Source of the DNA: Octopus bimaculoides | Taxonomy: Eukaryota | Length of the DNA stretch: 64,000 nt | Direction of reading: 5' to 3' | Assembly (NCBI RefSeq): GCF_001194135.2 | Contig: NC_068987.1 | Span: forward strand, 107,580,004 to 107,644,003 | In this document: positions 37,866 to 50,427 of the stretch, in pieces | Layout of the letters: each line of letters opens with the position of its first letter | Numbering within the stretch: position 1 is the stretch's first letter | The notes under the pieces: generated by a model | The model's database searches: none | What the model was told of the DNA's origin: nothing | Seen by the model: the letters and a program-made list of their open reading frames with translations, nothing else | Program-made: the position numbers and the translations under genes

Positions 37866-38594
37866 TATATATATATATATATATTGGGTCAATATATATA
37901 TGTTTAATACATATTTTATTTTCCAAAATTAAAATAAACGAAGTTTTTTATAATTTAAAATATATTCNNNNNNNNNNNNNNNNNNNNNNNNNNNNNNNNN
38001 NNNNNNNNNNNNNNNNNNNNNNNNNNNNNNNNNNNNNNNNNNNNNNNNNNNNNNNNNNNNNNNNNNNNNNNNNNNNNNNNNNNNNNNNNNNNNNNNNNNN
38101 NNNNNNNNNNNNNNNNNNNNNNNNNNNNNNNNNNNNNNNNNNNNNNNNNNNNNNNNNNNNNNNNNNNNNNNNNNNNNNNNNNNNNNNNNNNNNNNNNNNN
38201 NNNNNNNNNNNNNNNNNNNNNNNNNNNNNNNNNNNNNNNNNNNNNNNNNNNNNNNNNNNNNNNNNNNNNNNNNNNNNNNNNNNNNNNNNNNNNNNNNNNN
38301 NNNNNNNNNNNNNNNNNNNNNNNNNNNNNNNNNNNNNNNNNNNNNNNNNNNNNNNNNNNNNNNNNNNNNNNNNNNNNNNNNNNNNNNNNNNNNNNNNNNN
38401 NNNNNNNNNNNNNNNNNNNNNNNNNNNNNNNNNNNNNNNNNNNNNNNNNNNNNNNNNNNNNNNNNNNNNNNNNNNNNNNNNNNNNNNNNNNNNNNNNNNN
38501 NNNNNNNNNNNNNNNNNNNNNNNNNNNNNNNNNNNNNNNNNNNNNNNNNNNNNNNNTTCCGATCTAAGGGGGGAGAGAGAGACATACAGATCTA

Positions 38595-38805
38595 AGTCTG
38601 TGGTTTCTTTGTACCTCCACTACCACTTGACAACTGGTGTTGGTGTGTTTAACTCCCCGTCATTTAACGGTTCGGAAAAAAGACCGATAGAATAAGTACT
38701 AAGCTTAACAAAAATTACTATGGTGTCGGTTCATTCGACTGAAAATTCTTCAATGCGGTGCCCCAGCATGGCCGTAGTCTATTGATTCAGACAATTGAAG
38801 GATAA
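38595..38805 (+). mobile_element. Family A SINE 3' half (may continue 37697-37865 across the gap)
   Basis: CACTTGACAACTGGTGTTGGTGTGTTT...GACCGATAGAATAAGTACT...GCGGTGCCCCAGCATGGCCGTAGTC. Confidence 0.75.
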
Positions 38806-39134
38806 ACAAATTAATGGCCAACAATGTTGAGGACACTATAGTCCATTGTTTAAGAACCATCATTAATTTACGTTCTTTTCATTGAATAAATTTGCGCAGA
38901 GACATGAGTAGTGATTAGAATCTTTAGATAGATTGGTGGAGGAGAGATTTGAAGTGACTTTTCTTTTCTTGCTTGCAGCTTGTCGAGTCGTTAAATTCAT
39001 TGCTCGTTATAAGTGGTAATGTTTCGTTTGTTATCGCTTATGTCACTGTTATTTCTTGGATCGTTTTAATAGTCTGACATTGGTAATTGTTGACCTGTCT
39101 GACTGTGTATCTATATGTATGTATATATATATAT

Positions 39135-39737
39135 ATATAAATTCAATAATAGGACGAATTCTTTTACAAGAATTTATCAAGTAGCTAGCGTGAAAAAAAC
39201 CTCATAAGGGAAAAAAATCCATCATTTATTCCCGAAATATATATTTATATTTATATAAGGGCATTACTATATAATAACGCCTCACGCCATGAGGGACTCT
39301 AAGGTCAGGCTACTATAAAAAGCACATTTTTACCGAATGCGAGGAAATGCAACTCTCAAAGCCAACCCCTCAAAAAAACGAACTAAATTATTGATCATGA
39401 TTTCGTTGTTATTGTAGTATTATACAACTTCTACTCGTCAGTATAATATGGTCCAGAAAAATAGAAATAAACTGTGAATCAACGTACCAAACGAACACCA
39501 TGTATCCAGCATAGTATATAGACGACTGTTCATCGCTATTTCCCTATGTAAGTGGCGGGAAGTTCGAATTGCATCTTACTCAGAATAAATTCAGCACTGA
39601 ATATATTCTCGTAATGTATTAAAATTCTCCTCGCATTCGGTAAAAATGTGCTTTTTTATAGTAGTCTGACCTTAGAGTCCCTCATGGCGTGAGGCGTTAT
39701 TATATAGTAATGCCCTTATATAAATATAAATATATAT
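39135..39737 (-). mobile_element. PLE pLTR-like element with hammerhead and about 110-bp inverted copy
   Basis: 39237-39345 and 39628-39737 are inverted repeats (1 mismatch, 1 indel); a minus-strand HHR lies between them at 39387-39448. Confidence 0.7.
39387..39448 (-). ncRNA. Hammerhead ribozyme motif, partly decayed
   Basis: Minus strand ATTATA CTGACGA GTAGAAGTTGTA-TAATAC-TACAATAACAAC GAAA TCATGA TC AATAAT: intact core, symmetric 12/12 stem II with three A-A mismatches, palindromic stem III ATCATGAT, AUC triplet, stem I with first pair mismatched. Confidence 0.7.
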
Positions 39738-39776
39738 ATATATATGTATTCGTGCATGCATGAATGTAAATATGTG

Positions 39777-39848
<72 letters not shown>

Positions 39849-41401
39849 AATCAATCTAGCTATCTATCTATGTTTGTTTGTTTATTAGTTAGTTTGTAAG
39901 CATGTATGTAGAACTCTATGGTCTTATTTTACAAAATTTACTCTATAACAGAATCAACCGTTTTCCAACGGATTCTTTCTTTGGAAATTATATGTAAATT
40001 AGGGTAGCTGTGTATATAAGTTTCTCCATACGTTTCTATATGAATGCATATAATTAAATGTCGAGTAAGTGTATAGCTGCATATTTTGATTTATGTATGT
40101 ATAAATATATAATTATATGTGTATACATATGTATGTGTACATATTTCAGGCTAAAGGCCTGGAAAGTTTCCATTTTTTTAAAAGTTCCATTAATGGCTCG
40201 TAAGTAGAAAGTTCTATTTAGCTGTGTCTCAATTAGATGTCATTTCTAGTTTTTGAAACCCATCTCGAGATTGGTGTTCATGAATTTAGTTATGTAACCA
40301 TATACCGGAATATCTACAGGTAAATTTATATTCAAGTTCTGTTAATGATATACATGCCTTCTTTATCATTATATAAACACTTGCTGGACAATTGATTTCT
40401 TTTACTTGCACATTTTCTTACCCTGTTCATGATCACTACTTCTGGTGTGTTGCACTTACGTTTGACTCATTTTTCAATATAACTTCCAAATCGCTGCAGC
40501 TTATAATTTTATCTTTGCGAGTAGTGTTGTAATGAATTTCATTTCATTTGGACTCTCTGATAAATAACATTTGTTGATTGCATCGTGATTAAATTTTAGG
40601 ATGACGTCTTATGATCTGGAAGACAGCTTCGGTGGAAATTCCAGTTATTACATCAATAATCATACCTAGATGTTTTACATACTTCCACATCTCTTTCGTT
40701 CCCAAGGTATTTCGTTGTTATTCCATGCTCATCGATTATAAAGCTCTAGCTTTCATAGTCAGAGCTAGTACAAAGTCAGTTGGTAGTAGATTACTAAGTT
40801 CCTCAATATTTATGCGCACTCTAAAGACATTTGTTGCCATGCTTCATTTTTTTGCTGATAAACAGACAATCTTTCGTCCAATGATCTGTTTTAGAAAATA
40901 AGTGTACAGAACTTCCTGAATGTGTCTACCTGGTTACCAGTAGAAAAGAAAGCAAAGAAAAAACCTTCTTAGAACTTCCTTCTAAACTATAAATTTTTTT
41001 CATGGTGGCCCTTCAGTTCTTGTTATTTCGTAAATAACATGGACGTGGTATAATAGGATTTCTAAAGTAAAAATGTCATAATTGTGTGTGGAAGATTCCG
41101 TAGTTCCTATTTAACGAGTTTTAAAAGCAATATCCGGAAATATCAATAATACACAACCAGCGATGTGAGTAACAGTATAGAAAACACGTTGTTTGGTCAT
41201 TTAATATGGTATGGGAAGACGGCTTAATGAGCCGTACTTTTTAACACAATTGTTTAGATTTGGAGTTGTTCAGTAAATACTAATGCTTACTATCTGTTTT
41301 CAACTGTATTTACTGTGTAAATAGTAATGCAGCATGCATACATACATATATTCAAATATACATCTGTATTCAAACACGTAACTGAAGAAAATAGAATCAT
41401 T

Positions 41402-41614
41402 AGGCCGGCTTTTCGGCTTTTGTGGAATATGCATTCTTCAGCTGGACGGGACACCTGTCCGTTGCTAGATTACTTGTTTTCGCCAGCGGAGTTGGCTGGA
41501 GCGACGTGAAATAAAGTGTTTTGCTTAAGAAGAGAAGGAGTCTTCTGGTCCAGGAACCGAAACCATAGTTTTGTGATCTTGAGTGCTCCACTTTGATCAA
41601 TGCTACACACGCCT
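41402..41614 (-). mobile_element. tRNA-derived SINE family D, degenerate
   Basis: Minus strand AGGCGTGTGTAGCATTGATC...GGTTTCGGTTCCTGGACC...AAGCAAAACACTTTATTTCACGTCGCTCCAGCC...GGACAGGTGTCCCGTCCAGCTG. Confidence 0.7.
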
Positions 41615-41814
41615 AAACACACACACAAACACACACACACACATACACTCAAACACACACACATACGCACAAACACACGCAAACATACACACATAAATAT
41701 GCACATGCACACATATAGACAATAAGAGTTTTTGTAGCAGAACTTGATGAGATATCACTGATTAATTATATGCTACTTATTTTAGTTTGATTTTTAAATT
41801 TTATTTCTCTGCTG

Positions 41815-42190
41815 GTAACCTCCAATGAAGTTTCTCCCTGATATTTTTTATATGCAGATATTTTCTTCTGTTACTGTACGAAGGATATCAGCATTCGTAC
41901 TTTATTATTTTCAGTGTTGTGCAAAGAAAAAATATTTTGTTTCTTTTAACCAAAATACACTGTGTTTCCTCTCTAGATTGCTTCTTTTTTCCCCCGGGAA
42001 AGTGCCACAATGTTTGGGTTTTTTTTGCCTTTTTTCTATTGGCTGTCCACTCATAGTTCTGTAGATTGCTAATCGAATTTCTTAGTAATTCTTTCTTTCT
42101 CTTTATTAATTTTTTTTTCAGTTACTATTTTCTGACGATGGAGTTTGTCACTGACAGCTTTTAACTCTTGTTTGAAGGTGATCAATCTAT
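41815..42190 (-). pseudogene. Probable R4/Dong-type LINE fragment upstream of RT
   Basis: LITFKQELKAVSDKLHRQKIVTEKKIN / IYRTMSG / WLKE..../ KISGRNFIG resembles the pre-RT region of R4/Dong ORFs; heavily frameshifted. Confidence 0.45.
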
Positions 42191-42536
42191 ATTCAAAAAT
42201 GTTCGCTGTGTTTTCTCGAAACATATTTTCTATTTTACTTTTAAAAGTTTGTTGTGAAAAAAAATGTTGATATTTGTTGGTAGATTAGTAAGTATGTGTT
42301 TGTTTGTGTATGCAATGTATGTATGTAATGTATGTATGTATGTATGTATGTATGTATGTATGTATGTATGTATGTATGTATGTATGTAGGAATGTAAGCA
42401 TGCATAGATGGATCCTAGCTCTGGTACATCATATTACCATGTATTTTTGCTGATTACTTCAGGATGGTAATGTATTAATAAAACAAGAAAAGGAAACATC
42501 ATACCAACACACAGACACACACACAGACACACACAG

Positions 42537-42581
<45 letters not shown>

Positions 42582-43324
42582 CAAAAGCAACAACATTGAT
42601 AATATATATAGAGAGAGACGTACTACTTGGACATATATAGACACATATATAAATACTTATATACGCCATATGATTGATAGTCTTACTAAATGATAGATAT
42701 ATAAATAGGCACGTACATTGTCAGCAAAAGTGGTCGCCATATATGTGTGTTTCTCTGAGTGAATCTCCGTCTGTATATACGTATATTTATAGTTATAGCC
42801 ATGTATGTATATATAAGTGTATATGTAAGAATGCATCTGTATTTGCATATGTGAATGTGTATATGAATGTATTCACATATTTTTGTATCACTTATGTGAT
42901 TAGTACTTTACAAAGAGAGAGACAGACAGACAGACAGACACACAGACAGAGACAGAAAGAGAGTGAGTGAGAGAGAGAAAGATACAGCCGGTGAATGAGT
43001 GATTCAACATTGGGCCATCACCCATAAAACAAACACATTTCCTGATTTACTGTCTAATTCATTGAATGCCAATTCTTCATTATGGACGTGTAAGAGAAAG
43101 GAAAAACTAAGAAGCGAAGTAAACTGAAAGAAAATACACAGCAGACATGTTGCAGTCGTTAAAATGGCGGGAAAAATAAAAGAAAGACGGAGGAAAAATA
43201 TAAAAAAAAAAATTATTTGTTTATCGTCTGACATCAGCATTTTCCCCGCCTTTGATATTGGAGATGATATCTCTTACTGAATTATTACGATTTAAATACA
43301 CACTTTTAGGCATTTTAGTGAAAT

Positions 43325-43705
43325 ATAATGATGATGATGATCCTGATGACTATGATGCTGATGATGATGATGATGATGATGACTGTGCTGGTGGAAGTGG
43401 TGACGGTGATTGTGGTGGTGGTAGTGGTGTTTCTTTTTTTTCATCGGGTGGTTATGGACAGGGTCGTGGTGATTTCGGCTGTGGAGGTGATTGTGGGTGT
43501 GTGGGTGGCTTTTTAGTTTTGTGGTGCTGGTGGTTTTCGTCATTGAGTGACTGGATAGTGTACAGATTCTAATAACATTGAAGAAGAAGAAGAAGAAGAA
43601 GAAGAAGAAGAAGAAGAAGAAGAAGAAGAAGAAGAAGAAGAAGGAGAAGAAGAAGAAGAAGAAGAAGAAGAAGAAGAAGAAGAAGAAGAAGAAGAAGAAG
43701 AATCA
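43325..43705. repeat. (GAT)n, (GGT)n and about 120-bp (GAA)n tracts
   Basis: Direct reading. Confidence 0.9.
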
Positions 43706-44164
43706 GGAGGAAAATGAATAAGGAGAGAACCAGAAAGAATGGGAATATAACGATAAATATTAATACGGAAAAAGTAATAACAAACAACGCTAAAAATAAC
43801 AGAATCACGAAAGTAATGACGGAGAAGACGGATGGTGCCGATGATGACGATGATGATTATGATGATGATGATGACGACAAAAACGATCGCTAACACCACC
43901 ACCCCGACAACAATGACGACGGCGATGATGACACCGACGATGACAACGACGACGATGACGAGGCGATGGAGGCAATTATGATGGCGACCACTACAGACTC
44001 GACAATGAAGACTCTAATGATGTTTACATCGTTGACAACGACGACGATGATGATAATCGTGATGATGACGAAACTACTGCTGATGATGAATGGCAGTGGT
44101 GGTGGTAGTGGCGATGGTGGTGGTAGGGATAATGATGTGGATGAACCGTAGCATTAATTTTGTG

Positions 44165-44380
44165 GACGGTGCCGAAATGTCAGAATCGTTAGCACGCCGA
44201 ACAAAATTGTCAATAGCATTTCGTCTTCCTTGACGTTCTAAGTTCAAGTTAGCCGAGGTCGACCTGACCTTTCATTTTTGGGAGGTCGATTGGAGGAGAA
44301 CCAGTTGAGTACTGGAGTACTGAGTATAATCGATTTATCTCTTCCCCCGAAGTTTCAGACCTCGTTCCAATATTTCAAAT
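44165..44380 (+). mobile_element. Family B SINE, degenerate
   Basis: CAGAATCGTTAGCACGCCG...GCCGAGGTCGACCTGACCTTTCAT...TATAATCGATTTATCTCTTCCCCCG. Confidence 0.75.
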
Positions 44381-45360
44381 CAATATCAATTTTGTGAGAA
44401 ATCAATTGTGACAAAAATATGGTTTGATAAATTGTTTGGGAAGTAAACGTCCATTAAAATGATCCCTTTACTTCTTTCGCAATTTCGTTTAATGGTCTTC
44501 AGAATTTGCATAGACATATCATAATGTTTCAGCAACGAATACTACCAATTTAATTGTTCGCAGTATTTTGACTTTTGCCCATTTTAATCGGTCTGTAACA
44601 GATAAAATGCTGAAGAGGACATTAACTGGATTTGAACGCAAAACAAGAAAACTATCCTTTAATAGTAACTGGAACGCTAGTCGCTGTTATAAGTGGCATC
44701 TAAATAGTCTTCAATAACCTCACTGGAAAAGCGACAGTCGTCTTCTATAATTTGATCCTAGTTACGATATGAAATTTAATATGCGTTTACCTATTTGCTT
44801 ATTTATTTGCTGGGCAAAGAAAAACAGAACACAACGTTTTCTATGCTTTTCATCATATGACGAGAAAAAAGGTCTTAGATAATAGATTATTTACGACTAA
44901 CGGTAACCGCACGTATCGAACTATGGTGTCATCTTTCATATTGACTAAATTTCGCATACGATGAGCATCATTGATTTACTCAGATGTCACACTTTAACAT
45001 AAGTCCATGACGCTTGATTTTAAGAATGAATTGTCGTAGCTGCGACACTTTTGAACTTAGAGATTTTTTTTTCCGTTCAGTGCTTCCTTGGGGTTAAACA
45101 ATGCAAGCGAGTGCTAGTCACTTGTATACTGCATGCTTCCTCATGCTGCTTGTCAGCAATTTTGATTCAGATTAAAATAATAATGTTTACACGGTCACAA
45201 GGTCAAACTTATTTCATGTAGGTGGTGGAGGCAGAACAAAGAAAGTGTGAATGGGATTGAGAGAAAGCGAAAGAGAAAGAGTATGTGATTGTTTGGGGAA
45301 GGGAGTGTGTCGGGAAGACAGAGGTTGAGTGAGTGAGAGAGAGAAGAGGGAGGAAACAGA

Positions 45361-45525
45361 GCGATGCAAGAGGCAGAGGCGAGAGAAACAGGTAAGAATG
45401 AGAGACGAGAAAGAAAGATATAGGTGACAGAAAGAGAAGAGAGAAAGAGACGTGCGCGAGGCAGTGGCGCGAAAAATAGGTAAGAAAGAGAGGTCAGAAA
45501 GAAAGATACAGGTGATAGAAAAAGA

Positions 45526-45613
<88 letters not shown>

Positions 45614-45780
45614 ATGCGAGAGGCAGAGGCGAGAAAAGCAGGTAAGAAAGAAGCGAGAGAGAACGATATAGGTGAAAAAGAGAAGAGAGAAAGAGCGATG
45701 TGAGAGGCAGAGGCGAGAAAAACAGGTAAGAAAGAGAGGAGAGAGAGAAATATATGGGTGAAAAAGAGAGACAGGAATGC
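45361..45780 (+). repeat. Purine-rich minisatellite, four 85-90 bp units with embedded (GA)n
   Basis: Units start near 45361, 45451, 45611, 45696; shared text GAGGCAGAGGCGAGAAAAACAGGTAAGAAAGAGA...GATATAGGTGA. Confidence 0.8.
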
Positions 45781-46595
45781 ACGTGGAAAGAGTATGATCG
45801 AAGAGACGGAGGGTGGTGGGAAAGAGAGCATGTTGAGAAGGGTGACATTGAGAGAGAAAGAAGCGTATGTGAGAGAGAGATATGAGGGAACTGTGGGGGA
45901 AAAGTGTGTGAGTGGAGTTATAGAGATTGTGGGGGTGTTGGGAAGAGAGAGAGAGAATGGAAGGAAAGAGTGATAGAAAGAAAAGAAAGAGAGAGATTGA
46001 GAGACGAGCGAGAGAGAGAGACAGAGACAGATAGTGGTTGAGACAAGAGACTGAGTGCGTAGTAAATTGAACCAAAATACCCTGGCTAGCATACGCTTTA
46101 ATACCGAAGTGCTCAAACAGATATTCAGAAGGTATGAACTCTCTCGTGTAGACCCAATACAACTGCGTTTCTTTCAGTTCATTTCATTTCATCTCCTCTA
46201 TAAGAATGGAAATATGAATGAAAATATAATACGAAGGAAAAGAAGATGGAACTGAACAGTATGATAAAAACCTGTGGAAAAGAGTAAGATGATGATGACA
46301 AGGAAGAAGAAGAAGAAGAAGAAGAAGAAGAAGAAGAAGAAGAAGAAGAAGAAGAAGAAGAAGACAAAAGGATAAGAAGAAAAGAATGGAAAATCGAATC
46401 AAGTTGAAGGTGAAGTCTAACGAGCAGAATAGTAACAAGGTCACCCGTCACTAAAAACTACCAATAATAAGTATTTCTGCTAGAGACAGACAGCTTGAAA
46501 GTTTGTGGGGAGTAGGACTAGTCTATTGCATTAACCCCAGTGATCTACAGGTGCTTATTTTATCGCGCGTTTGAGAGCATTTGTGTGTTTATATA

Positions 46596-46840
46596 CAGGG
46601 TTGGCAAAAGTCATGCGTCACTAAAACAAAATTCCATAAATACTACTATTTATGATTCTGTAGTGAGTGATTCGAATGGAAAAATGTGTTGCACAAAAGG
46701 GAGTTGAGTTTGAACAATTTTCATGATGTTTCATATTTAGATGCTTTTATTAATATTAAATTCATTCAGCTGTTAAACATAAATAAATCTTGAAATTAAA
46801 TGGTTTTGATTTACTATCAGGTGACGTTTGGCCAACCCTG
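46596..46840. mobile_element. Tc1/mariner-type MITE, 245 bp
   Basis: TA|CAGGGTTGGCAAAAGTCA ... TGACGTTTGGCCAACCCTG|TA: imperfect TIRs with TA target duplication. Confidence 0.85.
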
Positions 46841-46871
46841 TATATATGTGTATATATATATATATATATGT

Positions 46872-46928
<57 letters not shown>

Positions 46929-47608
46929 TATGTGTGTGTATATATGCTAGTGATTTTCTCTTTTCGATCGCAGTTTACGTACACGTACTCGTGTTTGAGA
47001 GGTCGTATCACTGAGTGGTGGCTGTAAATTCTATTGAAAATCTGTAGTGATAAACTTAAATCACAAAGCAATGTACTGTTAACACAAAAGTGGGACACAC
47101 AATATGGACTTATAAATCCTCAATATACTTGGTAGTATACTGTGTTTGCAAAACGAAATTCTGTGTACCTAGAAGTAATTAATAAGGGCGTATCAGTTGC
47201 TAGGAGTGTGCTTAATATGAAAATTGACTAAAGTAATATTGTTATATTGCTAAATTTAGTTACTACTTAAGCAATGCATTCATGGATAGCAAATGGGTTG
47301 GTTGTGGTACTGAAGAAAGGTCAATACCTCGTGAGATATGAATATACACCGATCATCTGTATTCTATCTTCAATCGCATTGTTTACATATTCATATACGA
47401 TACGTCATAACTTGCAGTGCTGGCTCTAAATTCGATGGAAAATCTGTAGAGATAAACTTTAATATATAATACACATCTATCTATCTATCTATCTAAACCT
47501 AGAAGCAACAAGGTGGGGGAGCTTGTTGCGACAGCGCTTTGCATTGTCAACCCTGTATGTGTGGAAATCAGACGTATTAGTACGCAGAAGTGGGTGTCTT
47601 ACGTCTAT

Positions 47609-47674
<66 letters not shown>

Positions 47675-47744
47675 CTAGTTAGATGAATAGCTAGATAGAT
47701 ATAGACATATGATAGAAGAACCAAGGAAACATTACTTCAACAAA

Positions 47745-47897
47745 TGGCTGTGTGGTAAGTGGCTTGTTCACCAGCCACATGGTTCCGGGTTTAGTCCCAC
47801 TGCGAGGCACCTTGGTCAAGTGAGTTCTACTATAGCGTCGGCCGACCAAATCCTTTTGAGCAAATTTCGTAGACGGAAACCGAAAGAAGCCCGTCAC

Positions 47898-47928
<31 letters not shown>

Positions 47929-48158
47929 AATGTGTGTATACGCTTGTGTGTCTGTGTTTGTCCCGCTCACCACCATCGCCTGACAACCGATGTTGGATTG
48001 TCTACGTCCTCGTAACTTAGCGGTTCAGCAATAGAGACCGATGAAATAAAGTACTAAGCTTACAAAGGATAAGTCCTGTGGTCGATTTGTTTGGCTAAAG
48101 GCGGTGCTCCAGCATGGCTGCAGTCAAATGAGTGAAAGAAATAAAAGAATAAACGAAT
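47745..48158 (+). mobile_element. Near full-length family A SINE
   Basis: TGGCTGTGTGGTAAG...CCGGGTTTAGTCCCACTGCGAGGCACCTTGGTCAAG...GGCGGTGCTCCAGCATGGCTGCAGTCAAATG. Confidence 0.9.
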
Positions 48159-48829
48159 ATATATATATGCGGTGGAAGACAGTGTGAGAGAAAGAACTCT
48201 GGTGATATGGTGAGAACGAGCACTCTGAACTCTTTAATCCGCTTTCAGTAATGTTAAGAACAGTAACATCGTTAAGTTATTAGAAACTTAGCTTTCTCTT
48301 CCAGTGTTGTCGTATAAAACAATTAATAGATCATTAGCTTTTGATTAATGTTGTTTTTACCGCATCGAATAATTCTTTCTAGTTAGGTATTTAATGTCCC
48401 TTACATTAAATATATTAACACTAACTTATCTCATTTAATTATATATATTTGCCGCATAAATCCGCTCCAGAAATCTCAAAAGCTATCTATCAGTGTATTC
48501 TCGGTCGAAGATTCACATTCTCTCTTCGCGGTATTGCGTAATTAGCATGGTTGTAATTGAATACGATGATAATGATGCTGATGCTGATGATCTGTGTATA
48601 TATATAGATTGTTGTATACTATATATATATATATATATATAAACCAAAATGGAAAAACGGGATAGAAATAATACAGGCACTCCCCATACACACACATGCA
48701 CTTACTAGACATAGACACACATTGAAGAATACGCATGCGCAAATAAAGACGCATACAATAGGAATACAAAATACAAAATGGCTGATCGATAGTAAGGAGG
48801 GACACACAAATGAGAAAGGAGAAAGCAAA

Positions 48830-48874
48830 GGACCACTGATGAGATCACAGAAGTGTGACGAAAGAACTCTGGCC
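48830..48874 (+). ncRNA. Minimal hammerhead ribozyme motif
   Basis: Stem I GGACCA/TGGCC (one mismatch); CTGATGA 48836-42; stem II G(A)TCACA-GAAG-TGTGAC; GAAA 48860-63; stem III AG-AA-CT; CUC triplet. Confidence 0.65.
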
Positions 48875-49171
48875 GAAATACGATTAATGTAATATAAAAC
48901 TGAAGCAAATTAACACCAAATATATAGTGCATGTGTTTTTATTGGCTAAACTGGCAACATGATCAGCCCCAAATACAACAATATATATATATTGATAAAA
49001 ATGGCAAGACAATATAAGAATGAANNNNNNNNNNTGGCTAAACTGGCAACATGATCATCCCCAAATACAACAATATATATATATTGATAAAAATGGCAAG
49101 ACGATATAAGAATGAAAGAGACCTCGATATTATGTAAATAGAGCAATTTATCTGTAAATATAATATGTGAC

Positions 49172-49360
49172 AATTAATCCGTAGCCATGATAAAACTCCG
49201 AGTTTCGGATGCCGGGGCGGAAAACCACGCCGGCATTACTTAACGGTCATTTGCATAGCAATTTTTTTTTTTTTGATAGCCCGATAACTGAAGAGATGCC
49301 GGCGTGAGTTTCCGCCCCGACATCCAAAACTCGGAGTTTTATCATGGTTACTGATTAACT
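49172..49360 (+). mobile_element. 65-bp inverted repeat whose right arm is part of a hammerhead (49283-49343); PLE pLTR-like
   Basis: 49172-49236 vs 49296-49360: 7 mismatches in 65 bp. Right side reads GATAA CTGAAGA GATGCCGG...CCGACATC C AAAA CTC G GAG TT TTATC. Confidence 0.7.
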
Positions 49361-50247
49361 CATTTCATTTTTCATATTATATATATATATATATATAATG
49401 AAGAATTACACGTATTCTTTTGGCAACGTCCAAAGTTATCGTTCATCTGATTTCTATATTGTAAATCTTTGAATGTGTTCCAGACAAACTGGTTTTCTAC
49501 ACAGAGTGGTATTTAAATATTTAAATATTTGTTTTTAAGCATATTTTGTTCACTCTTATTTTCATATATAACATATAAACGTGCACATCTTTTAAACGTG
49601 CACAACATTGTCATTTTATAAGATTTTACTGACAAATTTTTAAATTACGATAAAGATTTATTTACATGGGAGAAAATTACCGAACTTTCATCTAATTCTT
49701 CCAAATCTTTCTGTTAAAAATTGTAATGGGTTTATCGCATGTGAGGTGTTGTTTATCGCATTTGCATTAAATGCATATTGAATGTTTAAATGTTTATTTA
49801 CTCGTTTCTTTTTGTCATTGAGAATTGAGGCTCATTGAGGTTGATTTGTGTGCTAAAAATAGTAGCTAAATAAGACTTTTTCGATAAATGTTTTAAATTA
49901 ACAAGGGCATTTATTTACAGGAAAAAATTACGGGGGACATCACACGTGTTGTTTACAAAGATTGACAACACGTGCTATTTTCAGGATGTTGATGATAAAA
50001 TGTGCAGTCACGCACAAAATGACAGCTTCCACATCATGTTTCCTGACTAGGTGAGAATTATCAAGCTTTAAAACTCTATAACTTTTTTAAAATATTTTTC
50101 TGGAAAAAAATTAAATAACTCCAGCATCTCAGATTTGGCAGGTGTATTATTGTGCCAAATTTTAAAATTTTCGGTAGACTCTAATTTTTGAAATCCTGAT
50201 AGCCAAACCGATAACATCATGCTTATATATATATAATTTAAATATTA

Positions 50248-50427
50248 AGGGTGATAAATTGGATATTGATTTAATTAGCACCAATTTAAAACCAATGGCT
50301 TAGCATAAAGAAAATTCAGAAAATTCAGAAAAATTATGTAAGTAATATAATTTTTCTGAATTTTCTTTATGCTAGGCCACTGGTTTTAAATTGGTGTTAA
50401 TTAAATTAATATCCAATTTATCACCCT
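50248..50427. repeat. About 180-bp hairpin (arms about 80-90 bp) flanked by TA
   Basis: TA|AGGGTGATAAATTGGATATT...AATATCCAATTTATCACCCT|TA; 4 mismatches and one 9-nt duplication between arms. Confidence 0.85.

Noticed and set aside
40400-40900. YVKHLGMIID on the minus strand, resembling the RT KYLG motif
   Set aside because: A single short motif without flanking RT motifs.
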